Part shown: positions 1-9,930 of the stretch, piece after piece
Layout: every line of letters starts with the position of its first letter
Position numbering within the stretch: position 1 is the stretch's first letter
DNA from: an uncultured Actinomycetes bacterium
Lineage (GTDB): Bacteria; Actinomycetota; UBA4738; HRBIN12
Direction: 5' to 3'
Assembly (NCBI GenBank): GCA_964640085.1
Contig: CAZXFA010000001.1
Location: 67,586-131,585, forward strand
DNA length: 64,000 nt
The notes under the pieces: model-generated
The model's database searches: none
What the model was told of the DNA's origin: nothing
Seen by the model: the letters and a program-made list of their open reading frames with translations, nothing else
Translations under genes and position numbers: made by a program

Positions 1-502
<502 letters not shown>

Positions 503-536
503 TCATTGGCGAGGAACACGCGCGTAGACTCGGCTC

Positions 537-791
537 GTGAGCGTGTGGCTGATCCTGACCGCCATCCTGATCGGTCTGGCGATCGCATGGCTGGGGATCA
601 CGGCCCTGCGTGCGGCCTCCGGTGTCGGGGCGCCTGCCGGGCGCTCGGGGGTCGAGGATGTGGAGGAGCTGGAGGTCTTCCTCGTGTGCCGGGAGTGCGG
701 GACCGAGTTCAGGCTCACGCGCCTCGGCGAGCTCCAGATCCCTCGCCACTGCGGCGAGCCGATGGAGATCGTCCGGGGGCCGACCGGTTGA
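537..791 (+). CDS. small membrane-anchored zinc-ribbon protein (hypothetical)
   Basis: GTG start. N-terminal TM helix LILTAILIGLAIAWLGITAL, then a CRECG...RHCGEP Cys/His knuckle pair. GC3-rich codon usage like the neighbouring genes. Confidence 0.4.
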   Translation: MSVWLILTAILIGLAIAWLGITALRAASGVGAPAGRSGVEDVEELEVFLVCRECGTEFRLTRLGELQIPRHCGEPMEIVRGPTG

Positions 792-891
792 CGGATGGCC
801 CGAGCGCAGCACAGCGCCGCCACCAGGGCTTTCACCGGTTCTCCACAGGTGTGGAGAACCGGTGTGGGAAATCACATCGGTGTGATCCCAG

Positions 892-1137
892 TCACCGCCA
901 CTGCGTGGCGGCGGCGAACCCCGCGGCGATCACGCCCAGGCCGATCCAGAGCCAGTGCTGCTGGGTGCCGCCCGGCGTGAGATCCATGTAATTCAGGACG
1001 ATCACCGTCACGCCGACGAGCATCAGCCCGAGGACCAGGAACCCGTACCAGCGGGGGCTCTCCTTGGGGCGCTTCTTCTGGGGTGGGGGTGCATAGGGCC
1101 GGGACGAGCGCTTCTGACGCTGACGGGACCTGGGCAT
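892..1137 (-). CDS. crgA: cell division protein CrgA
   Basis: 81 aa. Basic N-terminus MPRSRQRQKRSSRP, two TM helices (GFLVLGLMLVGVTVIVL and WLWIGLGVIAAGFAAA), C-terminal ...TQWR. This architecture and the N-terminal MP(K/R)S(K/R) signature match the actinobacterial CrgA/UPF0233 family. Confidence 0.7.
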   Translation of the reverse strand: MPRSRQRQKRSSRPYAPPPQKKRPKESPRWYGFLVLGLMLVGVTVIVLNYMDLTPGGTQQHWLWIGLGVIAAGFAAATQWR

Positions 1138-1146
1138 GCTCCGATG

Positions 1147-3432
1147 TTACCCGGGGAGCAACCGCAGGGACCGCAGGGCCGCCGCCTCGACCGCCGGTCG
1201 GGTGAGTGGCGCCGGCCGGAGCTCACCGCCGACCCACAGCGGAGCCTGGTCGTTCCAGTGATCGGAGGCGGGATCGCCCGACTGGCCGGTCGGGAGCACC
1301 GCCATCGTCCGATCCTGGTCGGACAGGTCGGCCACGGTCCGCCAGCTCGGGACGACCACCGCCTCGAACCCCTCCCGTCCGTCGAAGGCAGCCTGGAGCA
1401 CCGTCTGTTCGTCGCCCCCCAGCTCGTGCTCGGCCGCGACGAACACCTCGTCGAGCCCGGGCATCCGGGCGAGCGGGTGGGCGAAGCGGACGTGGTGCAG
1501 CGCCCCCCACCGCCACGCCGAGCGGTCTGGTCCCAGCCGTTCTTCGAGCCCGGCAAGGGCGTCGTCGAGCGCGTGGAGCAGCAGCTCGTCCCATGTGCGG
1601 AACGGTGACCACCCCGGCGGGTCGTCCTGCAGGAGGGTCGGGAGCGCGAGGCAAGTGAACGCCTCACGCCACACGAGGTATCGGTCGCGGATCTCAGGAT
1701 CGCCGAACAGCCTGGGGCCGATCGCCGAGAGCCAGGCTTGGTACAGGGCGGCGGGAAGCGAGCCGACCGCCAGATCGCCGTCCCAGCCCCGGAGCTCGCC
1801 GAGCGCCCACCGGCCTCCCTCGCTCTGGGGCTCGACCCGGATGAGCCGGGGCAGGAGCGCGCGTGCCGGCAGCGAGACGGTGTCGGTCTGGATGTGCGCC
1901 ATGTCCTCGGGCGTCAGGGCGTCCTCGGCCTCGAGCAGCTCCAGGATCCGCCGGGCGCGGAAGGCCGTGTGGAAGTCGCGCCCGATCAGGTAGGGATAGG
2001 AGGCCTCGTGCATCCGATGGTTCGCCGTGATCAGGTAGTCACGCTCGGGGTCCTTGGACCAGGGCAGCTCGTCGTACGGCACGAAGCCGTCCCAGTCGTG
2101 CGCGGAGTTCCAGCCCGGGACCGGAACCGTTCCATCGCCAGCCCGTCGGATCGGGTACCGACCGGTGCACTGGTACCCGATGGTCCCCTCCACGTCCGCG
2201 TAGACGATGTTCTGGCCCGGACAGGAGAGCCCTCGCAGGGCCTCCCGGAAGGCCTCGAAGCTGGAGGCTCGGACGACCTCGACCAGGGTCCAGGGCTCGA
2301 GCAGGCCGTCGGCCGCCGTCCAGCGCAGCGCGAACGTTCCTTCGAGCGAGGCGAACTCGCTCCCGGCGAGGTCGACCGCCACCGACTCCAGGATGGGTCC
2401 GTGTCGGGTCTCTCGCACCTCGAGCGGCACGGTTGAACCGCCGCGGACGCCGATCTCCTCGTGCCGGACGGCGAGCGGCTCCCACCGCCCGTCGCGCTCG
2501 GCGGCGGTCCCGTCGGCGCTCAACCGCTCGCGGTAGAGGTCCTGGACGTCGCCGCTCACGTTCGTGATCCCCCAGGCGTGGTGTGGCGTGCGGCCGATCA
2601 GGATCCCGGGCGAGAACGGGAAGGCAACCCCGCGAGCCTCGAAGTCCCCCGCACGGAGATGGAGCTCGTACCACGCGATGGGCTGCTGGGTCAGCAGGTG
2701 CGGGTCGTTGGCCAGCAGGGGCCGGCCGCTCGCGGTCCGCGACCCGGACACGACCCAGGCGTTCGAGCCCTGGCCACGGGCGCGGGGCAGCGCGTCCAGC
2801 AGCCGGCCGCCGAGCGCGCCTGCGGCGAGCTCTGGTGGATCGTCGGGGAGGGGTGGCAGGAGCGCCGACGTCGCTTCGGCACCAAGCCGGTCGGACAGGA
2901 GCCCCCGGAGGAGCTCGTGGTCCCAGTTGCCCGAGAGTCCCCAGGCCGCATAGGCGAATGCCGCGGCCCACCCATCGAGCTCGTCGGGCAGCTCGGGGGT
3001 CGCGGCGAGGATCGCGTACTCCACCGGCGGGGCCGGCATCGCGGCGATCCAGGCGTGGACGCCCGCCACGAACCGCGACGCCATGCCGAGGGATCGCTCG
3101 TGCCATCGTTCGACCTCCCGTGCTCCGATACGCCCGAAGCCCACGGTGCGCGCGAAGCGATCGGCCGGCAGGGTGAGGTCGCCGAACAGCTCCGAGAGCC
3201 GGCCGCTCGATGCCCGGAGGATCAGGTCGATCTGGAACAGGCGCTCCGAGGCGGTCACGAAGCCCTGGGCGAACCACAGGTCATCCAGCGAGGCCGCGGA
3301 CACGTACGGGATGCCCCAGCGGTCCCGGAGAACCTCCACGGGCGCGGCGAGTCCGGGAACCGCGAGCTCACCCTCGACGGGTGGGAGCGCCGCCGAAGCG
3401 GCCGCCAGCACCTCCTCGCCCCAGCCGCCCAC
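1147..3432 (-). CDS. penicillin amidase family acylase (S45 Ntn-hydrolase; candidate acyl-homoserine-lactone/penicillin acylase)
   Basis: Frame of track ORF 1147..3603. GSNAWVVSGSRTASGRPLLANDPHL carries the Ser-Asn nucleophile motif expected at the beta-subunit N-terminus of penicillin G acylase-type enzymes. Start placed at GTG 3432, because the R/G-rich extension to 3603 would run through the divergent fadD start. The exact start is uncertain. Confidence 0.8.
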   Translation of the reverse strand: MGGWGEEVLAAASAALPPVEGELAVPGLAAPVEVLRDRWGIPYVSAASLDDLWFAQGFVTASERLFQIDLILRASSGRLSELFGDLTLPADRFARTVGFGRIGAREVERWHERSLGMASRFVAGVHAWIAAMPAPPVEYAILAATPELPDELDGWAAAFAYAAWGLSGNWDHELLRGLLSDRLGAEATSALLPPLPDDPPELAAGALGGRLLDALPRARGQGSNAWVVSGSRTASGRPLLANDPHLLTQQPIAWYELHLRAGDFEARGVAFPFSPGILIGRTPHHAWGITNVSGDVQDLYRERLSADGTAAERDGRWEPLAVRHEEIGVRGGSTVPLEVRETRHGPILESVAVDLAGSEFASLEGTFALRWTAADGLLEPWTLVEVVRASSFEAFREALRGLSCPGQNIVYADVEGTIGYQCTGRYPIRRAGDGTVPVPGWNSAHDWDGFVPYDELPWSKDPERDYLITANHRMHEASYPYLIGRDFHTAFRARRILELLEAEDALTPEDMAHIQTDTVSLPARALLPRLIRVEPQSEGGRWALGELRGWDGDLAVGSLPAALYQAWLSAIGPRLFGDPEIRDRYLVWREAFTCLALPTLLQDDPPGWSPFRTWDELLLHALDDALAGLEERLGPDRSAWRWGALHHVRFAHPLARMPGLDEVFVAAEHELGGDEQTVLQAAFDGREGFEAVVVPSWRTVADLSDQDRTMAVLPTGQSGDPASDHWNDQAPLWVGGELRPAPLTRPAVEAAALRSLRLLPG

Positions 3433-3497
3433 GGCCGGCAGCCTACCGCGGAACCGGCTTGAGCCCGCGCCGTCCGGCCTGGGATGATGCCCCCGCC

Positions 3498-5225
3498 ATG
3501 ACCGAGCACCGGCCCTGGTTCGGGAGCTACCCGCCCGAGGTCTCGCGGACCCTCGAGCCGTACCCCGACATGTCGCTGTTCGGCCTCCTCGAGTCGTCCG
3601 CACGCAAGCACCCAGATGCCACGGCCATCCGATGGTTCGGCCGGACGATCCGGTTCGCGGACCTGCTGCGGGAGACCGAGCGGTGCTCGGCCGCCCTGGC
3701 CGGGCTGGGCGTGCGGCCCGGGGATCGGATTGCCCTGATCATGCCCAACTGTCCTCAGTACGTGATCGCGTACTACGCGGCGGCGCGCCTCGGCGCGGTC
3801 GCCGTAGGCAACAACCCCCTGTACACCAAGCGGGAGATGGAGCATCAGCTCCGCGACTACGGCCCGAAGGTCGTGATCGTGCTCGACCTGCTGTACCGGG
3901 ACTTCGCGAGCCTGTTCCCCTCGCTTGGGGTGGAGCACGTGGTTGTGGCCGGACTGCAGGAGTACATGCCGTTCCCGAAGAAGCAGCTCGCGCAGGCGCT
4001 CCGTTTCAAGAAGATGCAGCGTGAGCAGGGCAAGCCCTGGCCCCCGGTGCCCTCGGGCGCGCCCGTCCGGCGGTGGAAGACCTGGGTGCGCGGTGCGGGG
4101 CCCGTCCCGGTCGCGGCCCACGTGGACCCCGGCCGGGAGGCCGCGGCGTTCGTGTACACGGGTGGCACCACCGGCGTGAGCAAGGGGGCCATGATCTCCC
4201 ACCGCAACCTGGTGGCCAACGCGATGCAGGGCGCCGCGTACCTCGGGCTGCGCGAGGGGGAGGAGGGGTTGCTGGGGTCGCTCCCGTTCTTCCACTCCTT
4301 CGGCATGCTGGTGATGAATGTCGCGATCCTCGTCGCGGGGAAGCTGATCCCGATCCCGAACCCGCGGGACCTGCACCTGGTGTTGGAGGAGATCCACAAC
4401 GAGAAGCCGACCTTCGTCCCGGGCGTCCCCAGGCTGTTCACCTCCCTGAACGAATCGCCGCTGGTGGCCAAGTACGACCTGCGGTCGGTCCGGGCCTGCA
4501 TCTCGGGGGGGGCGCCGCTGCCCACGGCCGTGGCCACGCGGTTCGCGGAGATCACGGGTGGCGCCACCCTGGTCGAGGGCTACGGGCTCACCGAGGCCTC
4601 GCCCGTCACCCATGCGAACCCGCTCCACGGGGAGCGCCGCGCGGGCTCGATCGGGCTGCCTGTCCCCGACACCGACTGCAAGATCGTCGACCTGGAGAAT
4701 CCCGACCGCCAGGTGGGGCCGGGCGAGCGGGGGGAGCTGTGCATCCGCGGTCCCCAGGTGATGCTCGGCTACTGGAACCGCCCCGAGGAGACCGCGCGGA
4801 CGGTCATCAACGGATGGCTCCACACGGGGGACGTCGCCGTTATGGACCCCGACGGGTACTTTCGGATCGTGGATCGCCTGAAGGAGCTCGTCATCGTGTC
4901 CGGGTTCAACGTGTATCCGAACGAGGTCGAGGAGGCCCTGTACCACCATCCGAAGATCTCCAAGGCCGCGGTGATCGGGGTCCCGGACGAGCGGACGGGA
5001 GAGGCGGTGAAAGCCTTCATCGTCCTGAAGGAGGGCGAGACGGCCACGGCGGAAGAGATCATGCAATGGGTCCGCGACCCCTCGAACGGCCTCACCGGCT
5101 ACCGGGTGCCTAAGCTGATCGAGTTCCGGGAGTCGTTGCCCGAGACGATGATCGGCAAGGTCCTGCGCCGGGTGCTGATGGAGGAGGAGCGCCGGAAGGC
5201 GGCGGCGGGCACCTCCTCCCCGTGA
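3498..5225 (+). CDS. fadD: long-chain-fatty-acid--CoA ligase (AMP-dependent synthetase/ligase)
   Basis: MTEHRPWFGSYPPEV... from ATG 3498, in the frame of track ORF 3210..5225. AMP-binding signature VYTGGTTGVSKGAMISHRNL, then GYGLTEASPV and a C-terminal lysine loop (MIGKVLRRVL). 576 aa. Confidence 0.9.
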   Translation: MTEHRPWFGSYPPEVSRTLEPYPDMSLFGLLESSARKHPDATAIRWFGRTIRFADLLRETERCSAALAGLGVRPGDRIALIMPNCPQYVIAYYAAARLGAVAVGNNPLYTKREMEHQLRDYGPKVVIVLDLLYRDFASLFPSLGVEHVVVAGLQEYMPFPKKQLAQALRFKKMQREQGKPWPPVPSGAPVRRWKTWVRGAGPVPVAAHVDPGREAAAFVYTGGTTGVSKGAMISHRNLVANAMQGAAYLGLREGEEGLLGSLPFFHSFGMLVMNVAILVAGKLIPIPNPRDLHLVLEEIHNEKPTFVPGVPRLFTSLNESPLVAKYDLRSVRACISGGAPLPTAVATRFAEITGGATLVEGYGLTEASPVTHANPLHGERRAGSIGLPVPDTDCKIVDLENPDRQVGPGERGELCIRGPQVMLGYWNRPEETARTVINGWLHTGDVAVMDPDGYFRIVDRLKELVIVSGFNVYPNEVEEALYHHPKISKAAVIGVPDERTGEAVKAFIVLKEGETATAEEIMQWVRDPSNGLTGYRVPKLIEFRESLPETMIGKVLRRVLMEEERRKAAAGTSSP

Positions 5226-5764
5226 GCCCACTGCCCGCCGACCTCGGGGACGGCGCGATCCTCCGCCGCCTGCGGATGGACGACATCCAGGCGCTCTGGG
5301 GAGCCGTCGAGTCCGAGCGCGCGCGCGTCGGTGCCTGGATGCCCTGGGTCGAGGTGACACGCACGATCGAGGAGGAGCGCGGCTGGCTCGAACGCGTGGT
5401 CGCGGACGAGCGTGGTCTCGAGGGATGTGGGGTGTTCCTGGGCGAGGAGTATCTCGGTGGGGTGGGGCTCATGCCGGACGCGTGGGGCATCGTCGGGGAG
5501 ATCGGGTACTGGATCCGCTCCGACTTCGAGGGGCGGGGGTTCGTGACGCGGGCGGTCCGTGCGCTCATCGACATCGGGTTCGGGGAGCTTCGCCTGCACC
5601 GCATCGTGATCCGTGCCGGGGTGGACAACGCCCGGAGCCGGGCGATCCCCGAACGCCTCGGGTTCTCGCGGGAGGGGATCGCCCGCGAGGAGGGGCGCGG
5701 CTCGGGCGGCTTCTACGACCTCGTGGTGTACGGGCTCTTGGAGAAGGAGTGGCCTCGCGCGTGA
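5222..5764 (+). CDS. GNAT family N-acetyltransferase (RimJ/RimL-like)
   Basis: GTG start overlaps the fadD stop (GTGA). Acetyl-CoA-binding region IGYWIRSDFEGRGFVTRAVRALIDIGF. 180 aa. Confidence 0.75.
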   Translation: MSPLPADLGDGAILRRLRMDDIQALWGAVESERARVGAWMPWVEVTRTIEEERGWLERVVADERGLEGCGVFLGEEYLGGVGLMPDAWGIVGEIGYWIRSDFEGRGFVTRAVRALIDIGFGELRLHRIVIRAGVDNARSRAIPERLGFSREGIAREEGRGSGGFYDLVVYGLLEKEWPRA

Positions 5765-6471
5765 TCGGGGCCGTGATCTTCGACCTGTTCGGGACGCTCG
5801 TCCACGAGTTCCCTCGCGCGGACTGGGAGGCCTGGCTCGAGGTGAGCGCGGCCGCGATGGAGGCCGACCCGGAACGGTTCCGGCGAGCCTGGGAGGCCAC
5901 GGCGGTCGAACGCCAGACGGGCGGGCTGGGGGACATCGAGGAGAACCTGCGGACGGTGGCCGCCCGGGCGGGTGCCTGGCCGACCGGTTCCCAGATCGCG
6001 GAGGCGCTGGAGGCTCGCGCCGCCCTGTACCGGAAGTGGTTCGTCCCCCGGCCCGGCGCCGGTGAGGTGTTGGCGGAGCTCCGCCGCCGTCCGGTGCCCA
6101 CCGCGTTGATCAGCATGTGCGCCCCCGACACCCCGCCGCTGTGGCTGGCCTCGCCGCTTGCCGGGAGCGTCGATGTCGAGGTCTTCTCCTCCGAGGTCGG
6201 CCTGCGCAAGCCCGATCCGGCGATCTACCACCTGGCGTGCGAGCGGCTGCGCGTCGAGCCTGCGGACTGCCTGTACGTCGGGGACGGGAGCTACGGTGAG
6301 CTCACCGGCGCGGCCGCGGTCGGGATGCGAGCGGTGCTGCTCCGGGACCCGGCGGAGGCGGAGACCCCAGCGCTGCGCCCGCACCCGGATCCCTGGGAGG
6401 GGGAGCGGATCGAGCATCTGCGCGAGGTGCTCGCGATCCTGGACGAAGGGGACGCGGCGCGCATGGCCTGA
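5761..6471 (+). CDS. HAD-superfamily hydrolase (haloacid dehalogenase-like phosphatase)
   Basis: GTG 5761 overlaps the GNAT stop (GTGA). N-terminal motif I VIFDLFGTLV, later ...LYVGDGSYGELTGA (motif IV). In the frame of track ORF 5425..6471. Confidence 0.75.
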   Translation: MIGAVIFDLFGTLVHEFPRADWEAWLEVSAAAMEADPERFRRAWEATAVERQTGGLGDIEENLRTVAARAGAWPTGSQIAEALEARAALYRKWFVPRPGAGEVLAELRRRPVPTALISMCAPDTPPLWLASPLAGSVDVEVFSSEVGLRKPDPAIYHLACERLRVEPADCLYVGDGSYGELTGAAAVGMRAVLLRDPAEAETPALRPHPDPWEGERIEHLREVLAILDEGDAARMA

Positions 6472-6485
6472 CGGCCTTCTACCCG

Positions 6486-7346
6486 TTACGGAAGGACGTC
6501 CACTGCTCGCGCGGCCTCCAGCGCTCGCTCATGCTCGTCCCCGGCGAGCCCGCGGAGGGGGGCACGGACATCAGGCCCTACGGGAACGCCGCGGGCGCGG
6601 AGGATGGCCTTCAGGGCGGCGAGGAACGGCACCGCGCCGAGCAGACGGCGGAGGGTCACCACGTGCTCGTGGGCCTCCTCGCTCCGCCGGTGCACGAGAT
6701 CGGTCACGATCTCGGGGAACGCGGTGGCCAGAGCGCTCACCGTCCCGACCGCACCGTGCTCGAACCCCTCCAGGGTGAGCGGCTCCGAACCCACGAACAG
6801 ATCCAGGCCCTCGACCAGGTATGGCTCGACCGCGCTCCACGGCGTGTCGGAGACCTTCATCCCGACCAGGTTCGGGGACGCCTCGTGGAGGCGCCCGACG
6901 ACCTCGACCGGGATCGGGTACCCCGAACGGCCGGCGAACTCGTAGACGTAGAACGGCAGGGGATCGGCGGCGGCCGCCGCGGAACGCAGATGCACGAACA
7001 GCTCCTCGGCGTCGAGCGGGAAGTAGGGGGGAGCGATCACCGCGACCGCGTCGGCGCCGACCTCCCTCGCGTGGGCCGCGAGGGCCATCGTGGCGGCGGT
7101 GGTCTGCGCTCCGGCGTGAACGGCGATCGCGAACCCGTCCGGGCGGCTCGCCATGTACGCGTCCACCACTCGCCGGCGCTCGTCCACCGAGAGCAGGATC
7201 CCCTCACCGGTCGTGCCGCAGGCCAGCACGCCCTGGATGCCGCCGTCGGCCAAGAAGCGCGCGAGGGGGCCGATCGCCGCCTCGTCGATGGCCTCGCCAC
7301 CCTCGGCGAGCGGTGTCACCGCCGCGGCGATCGCGCCCTTCAGCAC
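6486..7346 (-). CDS. dihydrodipicolinate synthase family protein (DapA-like class I aldolase)
   Basis: GTTGEG motif and Schiff-base lysine context VGMKVSDTP. Start placed at GTG 7346, one nt after the PfpI-like stop. The track's ATG 7403 would overlap the upstream gene by 56 nt. Confidence 0.75.
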   Translation of the reverse strand: MLKGAIAAAVTPLAEGGEAIDEAAIGPLARFLADGGIQGVLACGTTGEGILLSVDERRRVVDAYMASRPDGFAIAVHAGAQTTAATMALAAHAREVGADAVAVIAPPYFPLDAEELFVHLRSAAAAADPLPFYVYEFAGRSGYPIPVEVVGRLHEASPNLVGMKVSDTPWSAVEPYLVEGLDLFVGSEPLTLEGFEHGAVGTVSALATAFPEIVTDLVHRRSEEAHEHVVTLRRLLGAVPFLAALKAILRARGVPVGPDVRAPLRGLAGDEHERALEAARAVDVLP

Positions 7347-7347
7347 C

Positions 7348-7881
7348 TCAGCCCCGTCCGCCGACCGCGTCGACCAGCTCGCGACAGAAGTCGGGGATGT
7401 CATCCACGACTCGGCCCCAGACCAGGTTCCCGTCGCGGAACGCCGGCTCGTCCACCCAGGTCGCGCCGGCGTTCACCAGGTCGTCCCGGATCCCGAGGCT
7501 GCCGGTGGCGCGTGACCCCTCCACGATCCCCGCCGAGATCCCGACGAGGCCGGCGTGACAGATGAGCCCCACCACCTTCCCCTGGTCGTGGATCTTCCGG
7601 ACCAGGTCGGTCACGGCCGCGGACCGGCGGAGCTTGTCCGGAGCCCAGCCACCGGGGACGACGAGCGCGTCGAACGCGTCGGGCGCCACGTCCCGCGCCG
7701 AGACGTCGGTCTCGGCCTCGAGGCCGTGCTTGCCGCGGCACCGCTTCCCGGCCTCGGTCCCCACGATCGCGACCTCCGCGCCCTCCTCGCGCAGCCGCAT
7801 CACCGTCACCCAGAACTCGAGGTCCTCGAACCCCTCCTCGAGCAGCACGGCGACGCGGCGTTCCCTGAGGCGCTGTTCCAC
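7348..7881 (-). CDS. DJ-1/PfpI family protein
   Basis: Nucleophile-elbow GLICHAGLV with the conserved Cys-His. 177 aa. Confidence 0.8.
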   Translation of the reverse strand: MEQRLRERRVAVLLEEGFEDLEFWVTVMRLREEGAEVAIVGTEAGKRCRGKHGLEAETDVSARDVAPDAFDALVVPGGWAPDKLRRSAAVTDLVRKIHDQGKVVGLICHAGLVGISAGIVEGSRATGSLGIRDDLVNAGATWVDEPAFRDGNLVWGRVVDDIPDFCRELVDAVGGRG

Positions 7882-8110
7882 CGACCCACCTCCGGCTCAC
7901 GACTCTAGCAAGACCGGTTCGTCTCCCGGTGGGTGAGGGAACAGCTCTCGCGGGAGGGACCCGGTCGCCAGGGTGAAGGGGAACCCCCCGGGCGTCTTGG
8001 GCCCGAACGGTCGCTTCTCCGTGATCTTCGACGACGCTCGGTCGAGGCGCTGGCCTGACCGCTCTCCGGGAGTTGGGTTTGGCTTCGGCCTGGCGGGGTA
8101 GGCGACCGGT

Positions 8111-8377
8111 ATGGACCTAGAGACCGGCGAGGGTCTGAAGTGCCCCGTTTGTGGCGAAGGCGTGCTGTCCGACGTCGCCTACGCGAACCGCGTGATGAGC
8201 AGCTTCGCCCCGCACCAGGATGCGGACGCTCGCGAGGTCCGCCGGTATTCCTGCGGCCACGAGTGGGTCGGCGCCGCCCTCGGGACGGTGGCGTCCGAGG
8301 AAGTCACCGTGGAGCGCCGCGCTTCGGAGGACACGGTGGAGCCGGTCGACGGCGAGGACGCCGAAGGCCACGGCTGA
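8111..8377 (+). CDS. small zinc-ribbon protein (hypothetical)
   Basis: CPVCGEG ... SCGHEW (two Cys/His knuckles); acidic C-terminal tail. Confidence 0.4.
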   Translation: MDLETGEGLKCPVCGEGVLSDVAYANRVMSSFAPHQDADAREVRRYSCGHEWVGAALGTVASEEVTVERRASEDTVEPVDGEDAEGHG

Positions 8378-8383
8378 CCACCG

Positions 8384-9259
8384 TCAGGGGACGATCTTCG
8401 AGATCGGCAGCTCGAGGATGTCGGTGGCGCCCTTCGCCTTGAGCAGCGGGATCAGCAGGTTGACCTGCGACTTGTCCACCACGGTCTCCACCGCGTGCCC
8501 CCCCTCCTGGAGCGAGGACACGGTGGGCGACTTCATCGCCGGGAGCACCTCGAGCACCGGGGCCAGGTCCGCGGCCGCGACGTTCAGCTTGATCAGCACC
8601 TGCCCCTCGGCCCGGAGGGCTCCGAGGAGCAGGGTGACGACGTCGTCCATCGCCGCGCGTACGTCCGGGTCGGAGGCCGTCTCCCGGTTGGCGATCAGGA
8701 CCGGCTCGGAGGTCATCAGGGTCTCGATGATCTTCATCCCGTGCGCCCGGAGCGTGCTGCCCGTCTCCGTGACATCCACGATCGCGTCGACGATCTCGGG
8801 CACCTTGGCCTCGGTAGCCCCGAAGGACCACACGACGTGGACGTCGATCCCTAGCTCATCGAAGTAACGCTGGGTGAGGCGCTCGAACTCGGTCGAGATC
8901 CTGGATCCGGGCGGCATCTCATTGGCGCCGTTCGCCGGGTGGTCGGTCGGGACGGCCAGGACGACCCTGGTGCCGTGCCCGGTGCCGCTCTTGGCGTACG
9001 CCAGCGACGTGAGGATCTCGATGTCGGCACCGGTCTCCGCCAGCCAGTCCTGCCCGGTGATGCCGATGTCGAAGAGGCCGTCCTGGACGTAGACCGGGAT
9101 CTCCTGCGGGCGCAGGAGCGAGACCCGTTCGATCCGGTCGTCGTCGATCCGTCCGTGGTAGTCGCGCTCGGAGCTGCGGATGACGCGCAGGTCGGCGTCC
9201 TCGAACAGGCGCAGGGTCTGCTCCTCGAGCGAGCCTTTCGGGATGACGAGCTTCAGCAT
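8384..9259 (-). CDS. hisG: ATP phosphoribosyltransferase (long form with C-terminal regulatory domain)
   Basis: MLKLVIPKGSLEEQTLRLF... from the internal ATG 9259 of track ORF 8384..9292. Catalytic-core motifs and a C-terminal HisG_C regulatory domain are present. Confidence 0.9.
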   Translation of the reverse strand: MLKLVIPKGSLEEQTLRLFEDADLRVIRSSERDYHGRIDDDRIERVSLLRPQEIPVYVQDGLFDIGITGQDWLAETGADIEILTSLAYAKSGTGHGTRVVLAVPTDHPANGANEMPPGSRISTEFERLTQRYFDELGIDVHVVWSFGATEAKVPEIVDAIVDVTETGSTLRAHGMKIIETLMTSEPVLIANRETASDPDVRAAMDDVVTLLLGALRAEGQVLIKLNVAAADLAPVLEVLPAMKSPTVSSLQEGGHAVETVVDKSQVNLLIPLLKAKGATDILELPISKIVP

Positions 9260-9468
9260 GGGCGGCGAGTGTAGCCGGTCACGGATGGACACCGGGTGGG
9301 CCAGGGGCGATAGCCGGGTCCCTCCCCCTCCCGGACGCGGTGATCGCCGACTTCCTGGTGGCGCCCACGCCTCGATGCGTTCCGACCGGATGCCGAGCCG
9401 GGGTCGTGGCTTCTACCGGGCGTACTTCCGGCGGCTGGAAGTCGTCGCCCCCTCCCGGTCCTGACGCG

Positions 9469-9798
9469 TCACCGCGTGACGGCTCGGAAGAAGCAGGACC
9501 GCGCGCCGGTGTGGCAGGCGGCACCCACCTGGTGCACGCGGACGAGCAGCACGTCGCCGTCGCAGTCGACCCGGATCTCCTCGACGTGCTGCACGTGCCC
9601 GCTCGTGTCGCCCTTGCGCCACAGCTCGCGGCGGGAGCGGCTCCAGAACACGGTGCGCCCCTCCTCGAGCGTTCGCCGCACGGACTCCTCGTTCATCCAC
9701 GCGACCATGAGGACGTCGCCGCCCTCCGCTTCCTGGACTACCGCCGGGATCAGGCCCCGGTCGTCGAATCGCAGCTCGTCGATCTCGACGCGCTCCAT
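9469..9798 (-). CDS. hisI: phosphoribosyl-AMP cyclohydrolase
   Basis: [40 protein letters not shown]...[10 protein letters not shown]. Start at ATG 9798 (the track ORF extends further upstream from a GTG). 110 aa, HisI only; there is no fused HisE domain. Confidence 0.9.
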   Translation of the reverse strand: MERVEIDELRFDDRGLIPAVVQEAEGGDVLMVAWMNEESVRRTLEEGRTVFWSRSRRELWRKGDTSGHVQHVEEIRVDCDGDVLLVRVHQVGAACHTGARSCFFRAVTR

Positions 9799-9930
9799 CA
9801 AGCACCTCTTCGAGTGTGAGGCTCGTTCAGCTCGACCTTCCCGCCGTCCGGATCCGGCACGGGGCCCCGGGCGGCCCGGGGCATGTCCTCGAGGTCGCTG
9901 CACACGCGCGTATCGGTCGGCTTCGCGTGG

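Noticed and set aside
3255-5360. 701-aa minus-strand ORF antisense to fadD. Similar long antisense/off-frame ORFs: 50028..53393 (-), 55666..58011 (-), 56187..58322 (+), 17155..19665 (+), 9883..12111 (+), 14454..16595 (+)
   Set aside because: All are Arg/Pro/Gly-rich, low-complexity translations typical of non-coding frames in >70% GC DNA. Each fully overlaps genes with clear family signatures on the other strand or frame.
9279-9524. 81-aa minus-strand ORF in the hisI-hisG gap (candidate hisE?)
   Set aside because: Its composition ([25 protein letters not shown]...) is low-complexity and shows none of the HisE/MazG-type EExxE motifs. It also overlaps the hisI 3' end.
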